From: a virus | IMG/VR virus record: IMGVR_UViG_3300025655_000032 | Span: 3,244-67,243 of that record | Direction: 5' to 3' (one strand) | DNA: 64,000 nt | Shown here: positions 18,701-26,796 of the stretch, in pieces | Layout: each line of letters starts with the position of its first letter | Position numbering within the stretch: position 1 is the first letter of the stretch | The notes under the pieces: generated by a model | The model's database searches: none | Told to the model about the DNA's origin: nothing | The model's input: only the letters and a program-made list of their open reading frames with translations | Program-made: the position numbers and the translations under genes

Positions 18701-21700
18701 ACAACAAGAACGACGATGTTCAGCGCGACGAGATCTTTGGTGAGGACGCGGACGGTACAGTAGAGACACGTGCCGGACGTGGCGTAGATCCTGAGCACGC
18801 CTACGCGCGGAAGGCGCAGGCGGAGGCAGACGCTCGACGTCGTGAGGAGGAGCTGGCACAGCAGCGGGCGGAAGAGAAACGCCAAGAGCACAAGGACTGG
18901 GTGGCGAACATGTCCGCGCTGCTGCGGGAGATTGCCTCGCTGATCGGACTGAAGGATGTACGCCTCGTCGGCGTGGAAGAGGCGATCACGATCGTCAACG
19001 AGCGCGCCGACCAAGCTCGACAGCTGGACGCGCTGCGTGTGCTGCGGGCCTCAAAGAGCGCTATGCAGGCTCGTGTCAAGGCGCTGCTGGACGTCGGCCG
19101 CGTGGACGACGCCGTCGCTGCGCTTGACGAGTACGTTGTTGCGCGCAAGCAACACTTCGACGTGAGCGCGGAGCGTCAGGCCCTGGAGCTGCTGTCGAAG
19201 CGTGGTGACCCAACACGCGTGCGTAACATAATCAGCGGGCGCCAGCGCGGGTTCTACGACCGTGCTAGCGGTGCTGTCTACGTGAACCCGTCGCTGCGCG
19301 GAGCCTATGCCACCGCCACCCTCATGCACGAGGTGGGACACGCGGTCATGTACCAGAAGTTCAACGCGCTTAGCGCGAAGGACCAGGCCGCAGTCCTTGA
19401 CGAGTACGAACGCTGGCGCGACCTCTATGGCCGTACCACAGTCACCACGGCGAAGATGTCCAAGCAGGCCATCGCGCACGCTATTGAGGCGGCGGCCTCC
19501 GGTAACCTGGCACGCCTTGACGGTCTGACCGCAGACGAACGTCAAGCGGTGCTGAGCTTTAACGAGTGGTTCGCCGACAACGTAGCGAAGTGGGCCGACA
19601 CCTCTGCGAAGCCCAAGAGCGTCGTCGAGCGCTTCTTCGCCGACGTCGCCGCCGCTATAAAGGCCTTGCTGCGCAGCTTCAAGCTACGCACCGGACAGAA
19701 CTACGAGGCCACTGGCGCAGTCGCTGACTTTATGGATGCGCTAGTCAACCAGGCTGCAGCGCAGCACGCTGCCTACGAGCAGGAGCGTGTAGCCGACGGA
19801 GGCTTTGTAGGCCCGCCACCACCCCCCGGCGGTCGTGGTGGTAGTACACCGCCGCCCCCACCCCCCGGTGGTCGTGGCCTTGCCGGCCGGCTGTCGAACT
19901 GGTACAGCCACTTCCGGCGCGGGCAGCAGTCAGTGCTTAGTACCCGTATGGTAGACGAGGTTCGCGCCTTTATTGAAGAGCATGCCACAGCGGCAGAGAA
20001 GCGTGCGCTGTACCGCGCCGCGCGCAGCGAGGTCATGCAGCGCGCGATGACCAAGGCGCTGGGCAGCAGTGCGCGAGCTGTCCTGCAGATACGTACCGAC
20101 CCAAATATGGCCGCCGCGTACCTGTACGCACTCACCCGTCTTGGCGTTATACAGACCGGACCACAGACTACAAATGTAGTCAACGGGATGGAAGGACGCC
20201 TCAACGACATGTACACACAAGTGTTCGGTGAGCTGTCTGCCGAAGCGCAGTCACAAGCGGTGCTTGATGCTATCGCTGCGGACACCCTACAGCACAACAA
20301 TGACAGCCTGGCGCTACCCGCGGACTTTGTGAACAACCAGCACCGTCGTATGGCACGCGCTATACGCGACAAGGTGATGGGCGCGTACCGTAAGCTGTAC
20401 ACCCCGGTGTTCGGGCTGCCTGCCGAGCGGCTGAACGACATGGACATACCGGTGATGAGCCAGCTGTCCAACCTACTGTTCAACCCAAGCACGGCGCGCG
20501 GTGTACCCCAAGGCTTTCTGCGTGCGAAGTCGCAGAGACGAGCGGAGTTCGACAAGCGCTACCTTGCCTTGGTGAAGGACTTGGATACGGCACAGCGTGA
20601 AGCGATCGCAGCGGTGTTCAACAACCCGGACCTGCTGCGTACGGCGTCGGAAGACGTCCGCACCAAGCACAAAGCGCTTCGCGCGTTGTTCGACGACCTC
20701 TACAAGTACCTCGAGGAGGCCGGCGTCACGTTTGAAAAGCGGCAGAACTACACCCCGTGGATGTTCAACGAGGAGTACGTCACCGCCCACATGGACGAGT
20801 TCGTCGCGCTAGCTTCGAAAGAGCAGTACCAGGGGTACTGGCGGCAGATGAAGGACAAGTGGATCACCGCGCGGCGTGTACCAGCGGACATCACGCTGGA
20901 AGACTTCATTAGGGAGCGCCTGCTTGACCTCACGCGTCCTGAGGGTGTGCAGACAGCCGACACGGAGAGTGGGCACCACAACCCCGGTTTCCGCTTTATG
21001 AACCCTCGTGAGTTGAACTTCCTACAGTCACAGGGTACGGCTGAGGACCGCGTGGAGCTGGCCAAGTTCTTCGAGCCTAGCCTGGACCGTATGCTTGGTA
21101 GCTACATCTCCAGCGCAGTGAAGCGCGCGGAGTTTGCCCGCCGCTTTGGTCTTAACGGTGAGCAGCTCACCAAGATGCTCGACGAGGCCAGAACGGTCTG
21201 GGGCGCCAGCCCGCAAGAACTGGCCTACGCGCAGGCTACCGTGGACTCCGCGCTGGGTATGTACGGTGCGCACACCCGCAAGTGGCTGGAGGATAACTTT
21301 AAGGATACTGAGCTACCCAAGTACCTCAAGAGTATGTTGGTAGGCGAGGGGGCCGGCACCATCAACCCCAAGCTGCAGAACCACATGGGTTGGATCATCA
21401 CCTACCAGAACTATCGGCTGCTGGCACTCTCCGCCTTCATGAGCTTCACCGACCCCTTCACACTGCTGGCGCGTAACGGTAGCTTCCGTGACACGTTCGC
21501 CTCTGTGCGTGAAGCCGCTAAGACGATGTGGGACGCGAGCAGCGGCGATGCGCAGCAGCTCAACGCGCTGCTGGATACAGTCAACACTATCGACTACCAC
21601 AGCATGCACGAAGAAATCATGCGTGAGTTTGGTCAGCACTTCTCGCCCACGCAGCAGAAGCTCAACGACGTGTTGTTTAAATACAACGGTGTGGAGTATC

Positions 21701-22419
21701 TGACACAGTTTGCTCGTCGTGTCGGCACTATCGGTGCGGAGAAGGCGATCGTCAAGTGGTACGAAGGGCAGTCCGAGAACGACATCCGCAAGCTCGAGGA
21801 GCTGGGTATCGAGGTCGGCGACGTACGTGTAGAGAATGGGCACCTGGTGTTCTTATCACCTGCTGAGTACAAGCAGGCGTCGAAGGCAGAGAAGGCGCGT
21901 AACGACCGGCTTATCGGTGCGGTGCGGCAGTTCGTCGACACGACTACGCTGCGCCCCGACGCCACCAACAGACCCACGTGGATGAACGACCCACACGCGG
22001 CGCTGGTGACACACCTCAAGACGTTCCCCTTCGTGTTCCACGACAACATTATCAAGCGGCTGGGTAAAGAGGCGCAGCACGGTGACTTCGCCCCGCTGCT
22101 AGCGACAGCTGTCACCTTCATGGCGATCACGCTTTTCGCAGATTGGCTCCGCGACATGGTAAAATATGGCCCAGAAGGAGCTTCGTGGAAGGCCAACTGG
22201 GGACCGGAAGAATACGTTGCCTATGCTTTCGAGCGTTCGGGGCTGATGGGTCGTGACGAGTTACTGCAAGACGTTCTGGCCCCTGTGCTGCAAGGTGACG
22301 TGGTAAAAGGCGCAGCGGAGGCGTTAGGACCGACAGCCTCGCAGCTGTTGACTATCAGCAGATACGGCCCGTCAGAGCGCGAGCTGCCGCTGCAAGTACT
22401 CTATAGGAACTGGGACTAA
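15784..22419 (+). CDS. Giant internal virion/ejection protein with zincin-like metallopeptidase motif
   Basis: 2211 aa; Gly/Ala-rich N-terminus; RGFYD…VYVN…TLMHEVGHAV…EWFAD (HExxH plus downstream E); Pro/Gly linker. Confidence 0.7.
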   Translation: MARALSDAARTALYWQEEDQHKDESRPLRSFRAGIEGLKGSFNNAAGAVSRLVGANDTAQSFENDARINAARAAGIRGRVPTWQEADSLGDYASYATDMVASNLPLAASMLGPGLVAGGIRGTLAGANALRAGLSGAAVQQAREKAAVGAANKVGFGVYGGTSAGENYGRVLNDPDAEGTPWQKAATSLAAGGASAWLGMKPLQGVQDALTKNAGFGRTVGATAALEGITEAGESVISRLNNRLYNSNVNLLDADARREYIDSMLGGAIVGGAYAGAGYGANKLLQPRAQPEPEVDLNPNGAYNIDDMYVESPQDDGERIAHIEEIRKLLLSPGTWPNTATRNALRDELNQVAKQMRTAEGRAYVAELYGGTGDYDPNVAFDTISPRHDVVRLGQEDNLDEALDPQEELDQVMYDPYGGVGDEQDTRGVEFLGKGPANRPYIFDPANSDYSRGVPEKTIEAYAQVDPSSDYDSVDARALAQAEGKTFLEKTQEIVGADVYRNVDAWRGLQPADARVGGADALPFDAAKGVDPQARSRDRYRSTFADIAGDLFTRRAALQAELEVAQRQSDGTNSGPAVRGLEADIAKLDARIETAAGEFLQRLHFVRRTPRYVDTVSEERAFDLTMYELTAGSNERGRILRRAKQNPGIVKTKDGKLKITPGSNRYVEGSLNGERIWIDLRNLTSAMLNKLTDAGALPQQTERMPSNADGKTRDWIARQRLIQRLAAALNAGLVSMLNTGVKFDLRNIPSDTVFWYDKQRNPITLAEIREAYLPGTKKGAEYLNAKAERDRTIALMEAAGYDPRRIAEVYSQLTPNFDPNPAPLPNMNVSSQEVDEAGTKELGRPYQTSLIEQRTGRVDAGKLSPRERSQLRAEGAKQLERIRSEMAAAGYSPAHINYAHNFLADRYDLKSEKRRAVEGLSEGEKKILERNLLADKGIDYLTQLQHTWQQRKVHKTAPPAEMAPREVPNEQLYNKNDDVQRDEIFGEDADGTVETRAGRGVDPEHAYARKAQAEADARRREEELAQQRAEEKRQEHKDWVANMSALLREIASLIGLKDVRLVGVEEAITIVNERADQARQLDALRVLRASKSAMQARVKALLDVGRVDDAVAALDEYVVARKQHFDVSAERQALELLSKRGDPTRVRNIISGRQRGFYDRASGAVYVNPSLRGAYATATLMHEVGHAVMYQKFNALSAKDQAAVLDEYERWRDLYGRTTVTTAKMSKQAIAHAIEAAASGNLARLDGLTADERQAVLSFNEWFADNVAKWADTSAKPKSVVERFFADVAAAIKALLRSFKLRTGQNYEATGAVADFMDALVNQAAAQHAAYEQERVADGGFVGPPPPPGGRGGSTPPPPPPGGRGLAGRLSNWYSHFRRGQQSVLSTRMVDEVRAFIEEHATAAEKRALYRAARSEVMQRAMTKALGSSARAVLQIRTDPNMAAAYLYALTRLGVIQTGPQTTNVVNGMEGRLNDMYTQVFGELSAEAQSQAVLDAIAADTLQHNNDSLALPADFVNNQHRRMARAIRDKVMGAYRKLYTPVFGLPAERLNDMDIPVMSQLSNLLFNPSTARGVPQGFLRAKSQRRAEFDKRYLALVKDLDTAQREAIAAVFNNPDLLRTASEDVRTKHKALRALFDDLYKYLEEAGVTFEKRQNYTPWMFNEEYVTAHMDEFVALASKEQYQGYWRQMKDKWITARRVPADITLEDFIRERLLDLTRPEGVQTADTESGHHNPGFRFMNPRELNFLQSQGTAEDRVELAKFFEPSLDRMLGSYISSAVKRAEFARRFGLNGEQLTKMLDEARTVWGASPQELAYAQATVDSALGMYGAHTRKWLEDNFKDTELPKYLKSMLVGEGAGTINPKLQNHMGWIITYQNYRLLALSAFMSFTDPFTLLARNGSFRDTFASVREAAKTMWDASSGDAQQLNALLDTVNTIDYHSMHEEIMREFGQHFSPTQQKLNDVLFKYNGVEYLTQFARRVGTIGAEKAIVKWYEGQSENDIRKLEELGIEVGDVRVENGHLVFLSPAEYKQASKAEKARNDRLIGAVRQFVDTTTLRPDATNRPTWMNDPHAALVTHLKTFPFVFHDNIIKRLGKEAQHGDFAPLLATAVTFMAITLFADWLRDMVKYGPEGASWKANWGPEEYVAYAFERSGLMGRDELLQDVLAPVLQGDVVKGAAEALGPTASQLLTISRYGPSERELPLQVLYRNWD

Positions 22420-22423
22420 GGCA

Positions 22424-23155
22424 ATGGGAATGTCGAAAATTATGAGTGATGCGCTTGCTGCTACCAAGCGTGGTGCACAGTATGCCGGAAGCAAGACTAA
22501 GGCCGGCGCAAACTACGCTTGGGACAAGACGAAAGCCGGCGCCCAGGGTTTGGGAAACTCAGTTGCTGCAGGTACAGCTGACGCTCGCCATAACTGGGGG
22601 CAGCTAGGTGGTGGTGCAAGCGGTCTGGCCAAAGAGCAGATGGCTGTTGGCGGCGGCGGTCTAGTAGATGGTGCTATGGATCTGGCCAGTCGTCACCCTG
22701 TACTGACCGGCGCTGCAGGTGCAGGGCTGGCAGCTAGCGGTATGGGCCTGGGTGACGGTGGTGAAGAAGGTCTGGAAGTGGGCGAGCTGGACAACGGCCG
22801 CCGCTTTGTCACGACTCCACAAGGTACTGTGTACGAAGGGCAGATCAGCGAAGAGGAATTCGAGGCCCTGTACAGCGCCGTTGAGTCGCAGACCAGCCCA
22901 TCGGCAGGTGATGTACTGGCTGGTGTTGCGGGTGTTGGGCTGATGGCAGCGAATCCGCTGGCTCGCAAAGCCGGTCGCTATCTAAGCGACGCCACACAAC
23001 GCGGATACGGAAGGGCTAAGAGCGCGATGGCCGGGGGTGGACCTACCCCATCAGCTCACCCGTTTGGCACACCGGCGGGGAGCGCTACCGCTGGTACCTA
23101 CCGTAATCCTCGGTCGAAAGCAGATGTTGACCCCGCAACAGGGATGTACAGGTAG
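22424..23155 (+). CDS. Hypothetical Gly/Ala-rich protein
   Basis: 243 aa in-operon ORF. Confidence 0.55.
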   Translation: MGMSKIMSDALAATKRGAQYAGSKTKAGANYAWDKTKAGAQGLGNSVAAGTADARHNWGQLGGGASGLAKEQMAVGGGGLVDGAMDLASRHPVLTGAAGAGLAASGMGLGDGGEEGLEVGELDNGRRFVTTPQGTVYEGQISEEEFEALYSAVESQTSPSAGDVLAGVAGVGLMAANPLARKAGRYLSDATQRGYGRAKSAMAGGGPTPSAHPFGTPAGSATAGTYRNPRSKADVDPATGMYR

Positions 23156-23164
23156 TTTGTAATA

Positions 23165-23180
23165 GCGACATGGAGGTCGC
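23165..23180 (+). promoter_or_regulatory. Canonical CsrA/RsmA-type hairpin over the endolysin RBS
   Basis: GCGAC-ATGGAG-GTCGC, 1 nt before ATG 23182. Confidence 0.7.
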
Positions 23181-23181
23181 A

Positions 23182-23547
23182 ATGAGGTACTTCGACATTT
23201 CCGAGTTCGACTCCCCCGACGCACCGGGGTCGGGGGTCAACATGAACACGCAGTTCCTCCGTATCCTCGACGCCGCGCGCGAAAGTGCCGGCCTCCCCTT
23301 CGCGATAACCAGCGGCTACCGCACCCCAGAGCACAACGAGCGTGTCGGCGGTGTGCGTAACAGCGCACATACGCGTGGGTACGCTGCCGACATTGTTGCT
23401 CGCACTCCGGCCATCGCCATGCGGATTATCACGGCGCTGTACGAGCAGGGGGTGCAGCGTTTCGGGTACTACCATAAACAGGGCTTCGTGCATGCGGACG
23501 TAGATCCCGACAAAGCCGCTCCTGCCTTCTGGGACGATGGAGACTAG
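23182..23547 (+). CDS. Endolysin, peptidase M15A family
   Basis: ITSGYRTPEHNERVGG…SAHTRGYAADI…FVHAD motifs. Confidence 0.85.
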   Translation: MRYFDISEFDSPDAPGSGVNMNTQFLRILDAARESAGLPFAITSGYRTPEHNERVGGVRNSAHTRGYAADIVARTPAIAMRIITALYEQGVQRFGYYHKQGFVHADVDPDKAAPAFWDDGD

Positions 23548-23550
23548 GTC

Positions 23551-23970
23551 ATGGGGTACTTTATTGCCGATGAGATTAACATTCACCAGCGTATGGGCGC
23601 AGGCGACGACTGGGTGCTCGACGAGCCTGTCGGCTATGTATCTACCGAGCACTCGCTGTTGATAAGAGCACCCAAAGGCTTTGTAACGGATTTCGCCTCT
23701 GTACCCTGGTTCGCGCGTCGCCTTATACCGCGGACTGGAAAATACAACGGGGCGGCGATTATCCACGACTTCCTGTATCGCTGTACAACCATGCCTCGTG
23801 CGATCTGCGACGATATTTTCCTAGAAGCAATGAAGGATCTGCGTGTTGCCACATGGCGTCGCAACCTCATGTACGCCGGCGTGCGTATTGGCGGCGGTGC
23901 GGCGCGTAACCAAGTTAACCCCAACCTAACCTGCCCGAAGGGCGGGTTTGTAGTGCCGACCTACCCATAA
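23551..23970 (+). CDS. DUF1353-family protein
   Basis: PKGFVTDFASVP…AAIIHDFLY…D.IFLEAM…MYAGVRIGG. Confidence 0.85.
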   Translation: MGYFIADEINIHQRMGAGDDWVLDEPVGYVSTEHSLLIRAPKGFVTDFASVPWFARRLIPRTGKYNGAAIIHDFLYRCTTMPRAICDDIFLEAMKDLRVATWRRNLMYAGVRIGGGAARNQVNPNLTCPKGGFVVPTYP

Positions 23971-23983
23971 AGGAGTACGCTTT

Positions 23984-24196
23984 ATGAATAAGCTGTATAA
24001 CCCGACGACACTGCTGCTCGCAGCTGTCACCGCACTCGCGCTCAGCGGATGTATGGTGACGGACAGGGTAGTGACGGTCGTTGACTACTACTGCGGCAAA
24101 CCACAGGTAGAGCGCGAAGCCCTACGTGCGGTGGTCGACGCTCAACTGCTGGCCAAAGGGCACAGCGTAAAAATAACCTGCCGAGGCGACGGTTAA
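23984..24196 (+). CDS. Small lipoprotein (lysis accessory or spanin-like)
   Basis: Signal peptide with lipobox LSGC; in lysis cluster. Confidence 0.65.
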   Translation: MNKLYNPTTLLLAAVTALALSGCMVTDRVVTVVDYYCGKPQVEREALRAVVDAQLLAKGHSVKITCRGDG

Positions 24197-24276
24197 AAGG
24201 GGGTGATCCATATCTAGTACACCGGGGTACCCTCCGGTGTGCTCAGATAAAACACCTGACCACAGAGGAAAAAAAT

Positions 24277-24459
24277 ATGCCTAGTCTATGGGATGCCCTA
24301 ACCAAAAGTGCTGGCGAACGAGTCGCCGCAAAGATGAATCAGCCGAAGAAGAAAAAAGCGGTTACCAATACACCCGGCGGTGGGATCATGGGGGCAACGC
24401 GTGCTTTGAGTGGACGCAAAGCGCGCTTGGATGAAGCAATCAGACGATCGGGAGGCTGA
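24277..24459 (+). CDS. Small basic hypothetical protein
   Basis: GAGG RBS, 60 aa. Confidence 0.5.
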   Translation: MPSLWDALTKSAGERVAAKMNQPKKKKAVTNTPGGGIMGATRALSGRKARLDEAIRRSGG

Positions 24460-24792
24460 TATGTCTAAGGGCAAGAGAGGGGGCGGTAAGAAGTGCTGAT
24501 TAACCAGCGCTGCTACAGACACCGCTCGTTAGGGAGACAAGATCGTCTCCCCAACGATAAGCATCACCGGAAGGCCCCTGCTTCTTCGACTCCTTCTTCC
24601 GATCCACCTGAACCTGAGACCGATACCTCGGTCGTTGAACTGCGCTCTTCGCTGTTCGACTACTTTTCCGTGCGCGCATAACGCCTCCTGGTAGTGTCTA
24701 AGCCTCTTGCCTAAGTATATGTATTTGTGTAAGCTTGTGCTTCGGTTTTATTAGACAGTTTGCGACCTAAGTAGCTGTTTTTAGGGCTTTCT

Positions 24793-24845
24793 GCACAGGA
24801 TTGTGGCTCCTGTGGTCGTGGGTTCGATTCCCATCAGCCACCCCA
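24793..24845 (+). mobile_element. attP core: 3' part of a tRNA-His(GTG) gene
   Basis: CAGGA-TTGTGGC-TCCTG anticodon arm, GTGGGTTCGATTCCCAT T-arm and …AGCCACCCCA end; no D-arm or 5' acceptor strand upstream; about 400 bp from the integrase stop. Confidence 0.85.
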
Positions 24846-24942
24846 CTTTCAGAGCATCTCCCGTCTAATAAGATAGAGAGTGCCTAATAAAAGAGCGTAA
24901 GAGCCGGCCTAAATCGCTGCGCTACGATGCTATTGGAATAAA

Positions 24943-25019
24943 TGGTAGGCCGGGTGAGATTCGAACTCACAAACAGTGAGACTTAAGCCCACTGGCGTTG
25001 CCAATTAGCCTACCAGCCC
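24943..25019 (-). tRNA. tRNA-Leu(TAA) with short variable loop
   Basis: GGGCTGG-TA-GGCTAATTGGCAACGCC-A-GTGGG-CTTAAGT-CTCAC-TGTTT-GTGAG-TTCGAAT-CTCAC-CCGGCCT-A-CCA. Confidence 0.85.
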
Positions 25020-25199
25020 ATCTTTCTGTTGTGCCGGTTATGCCTCCGGCGACGGCATCACGGTCCGCCCATTCAAGAGTACGACACGCCGACAGAGAGA
25101 CTTACGACGCTCTTGGTCTTCCCGCTCTGTAAAGAACTCCCTCGCGGTTTGGGCATAACGGGTTACGTTAGAGGCCTGGAGGGAGCCGTGTTGAGGGGT

Positions 25200-25235
25200 A
25201 TTATACCATTGTCAATTTTCAAAAAATTGACAATG
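25200..25235 (-). promoter_or_regulatory. Extended -10 promoter overlapped by a 13-bp perfect inverted repeat
   Basis: TGGTATAAT (25208-25200) and CATTGTCAATTTT-caa-AAAATTGACAATG (25207-25235). Confidence 0.65.
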
Positions 25236-25236
25236 C

Positions 25237-26214
25237 TCAGCGGACTATTTCAACCGGCTCAACCACCTCCGGCTTACGCCGATAGTGCCGATTAAGCGTG
25301 CGCTGGTCGGCGTGCCCCAGTAACCTCCCATCACGGGAGTCCGAACCTGCCTTCGCACGAAGGTCGTGGAAGGTAAAACGCTCTTCGCGCTTCGCGAACA
25401 ACGAACGCATTAGTCGCTGCCAGCTACTCTGAAAGCCGCTGCGTGTTAGTGGTTGACCACGCACGCCGCGGACAAGGCGGCCACCCGCACCTGCGCCATG
25501 ATCGTCTGCTCGTACACCCAGGATCGCGCGGAGCTCAGGCGTCCATCGGAACAGGAGTCGTCGGCCAGTGGATCGAGTGGTCTTATGAGGGCGCACAAGA
25601 AGGCCGTCACGCGTAATATTGCTCCCGTCAAGCGCCAGTATGTCAGAGAGGCGTAAGCCTGTAGCCACAGCAATCTGCATCGCCATCTGGATCGGGGCTG
25701 ATGCACGGTCGTGAACACGCCAGAATTCGTCGTCAGTGACGTATCGGTCACGCGGTTTCTCCTTGTTAGACTCAACGAGACGGCAGGGGTTGTCAGCGGC
25801 GTAACCCCAACGGATGGCGTACTTGTACACGTGGGAGAGCAGCGCCTTCTCACGATTGGCGCGCACCGGCGCCCGACGCGCGTCCATGTAACCGTAGATG
25901 TGCTGCGGTGTGATCTCCCCCGGCGCCATATGGCCAAACACTGCGCGAAGTCGTGCCAGCTCAGCGGTATTGTCACGTTGTGTTTGCACCGCTTTGGTAG
26001 GTACGACGTCGCGCAGGTAACGGTCTATGATCGTGTCGAGTGTGCGCCCCTCTAGCACCGGTGCGAGGTTCAACTCCGCGTAGCGCTGGAGCGCCTCGAA
26101 GTAATCGCGGCTGAGTCGGTGCCACTTGTTGGCACGATCAACGAAGTAGTACGTGTTCCTCTTTAGGTACACGCGCTGTGGGAGATGTTGGTTAATACGG
26201 CGTCTTCGGGGCAT
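25237..26214 (-). CDS. int: Tyrosine integrase
   Basis: TGLR, FHDLRAK, LLGH, HY catalytic motifs; N-terminal arm-binding-like region; adjacent attP. Confidence 0.92.
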   Translation of the reverse strand: MPRRRRINQHLPQRVYLKRNTYYFVDRANKWHRLSRDYFEALQRYAELNLAPVLEGRTLDTIIDRYLRDVVPTKAVQTQRDNTAELARLRAVFGHMAPGEITPQHIYGYMDARRAPVRANREKALLSHVYKYAIRWGYAADNPCRLVESNKEKPRDRYVTDDEFWRVHDRASAPIQMAMQIAVATGLRLSDILALDGSNITRDGLLVRPHKTTRSTGRRLLFRWTPELRAILGVRADDHGAGAGGRLVRGVRGQPLTRSGFQSSWQRLMRSLFAKREERFTFHDLRAKAGSDSRDGRLLGHADQRTLNRHYRRKPEVVEPVEIVR

Positions 26215-26446
26215 AGTGTACCCCCTTGTTTAGTGCGTCGAACTTCGGAGTGCGGGGTGCCCCCACACTACGAAGTGGTCGATCAATGGCTGTGCGAGGA
26301 ACACGAGGGTGCCCGTCCTTGGACACATAGTGGTGTATGTGGTTTTGTCGCAGCCAGCCGATCTGCTTACTGGGGTAGCGATAGCCGGTGAGAAAAATGA
26401 CCTCATCTAAAGACAACAAGGTTTCAAAAAGACCCTTTATGGTCAT
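26192..26446 (-). CDS. Putative excisionase (DUF4224-like)
   Basis: LS.DEV..LTGY..PSKQ..WL…G.P.V pattern; overlaps integrase start. Confidence 0.75.
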   Translation of the reverse strand: MTIKGLFETLLSLDEVIFLTGYRYPSKQIGWLRQNHIHHYVSKDGHPRVPRTAIDRPLRSVGAPRTPKFDALNKGVHYAPKTPY

Positions 26447-26457
26447 TAGAATGTCCT

Positions 26458-26709
26458 TTATGGTGGTTTTTTGTCAAGCGTTATGCCGTACTGTTCGCCT
26501 CGGGCAATGTTCCACTTGCGTTTTTCTTTCTGCTCGTTTCGATCAGGGGCGGAAATTCCGATACGAAGTTGCCCACGGCTAACCTCTAGCACTGACACAT
26601 AAAAGCATTCTCCAGGTTGAACAATCAACGGTTCGTTGTTTTTAGGCTCAATAACGATGACCTCTCCCGGGCGTCGTGATAAAACAAGACCAGGACGTAT
26701 TTTCTTCAT
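26458..26709 (-). CDS. csrA: Divergent CsrA/RsmA-family RNA-binding translational regulator
   Basis: LVLSRRPGEVIVI…VSVLEVSRGQLRIGISAP…IARGE aligns by eye with CsrA MLILTRRVGETLMI…VTVLGVKGNQVRIGVNAP…VHREE, with two insertions. Confidence 0.85.
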   Translation of the reverse strand: MKKIRPGLVLSRRPGEVIVIEPKNNEPLIVQPGECFYVSVLEVSRGQLRIGISAPDRNEQKEKRKWNIARGEQYGITLDKKPP

Positions 26710-26796
26710 AGCAATACTCCGGAAAGGAAACCCTCCCCTTACACAATAAACGTTTGGGGAGGGAATACTACCCCCTATCGAAGTATTAAATCCCTA

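Noticed and set aside
15784-22419. N4-like or crAss-like virion RNA polymerase
   Set aside because: No DxDGD or T7-type polymerase motifs seen in the 2211-aa protein.
24793-24845. Functional tRNA-His gene
   Set aside because: D-arm and 5' acceptor strand are absent; better explained as the attP core.
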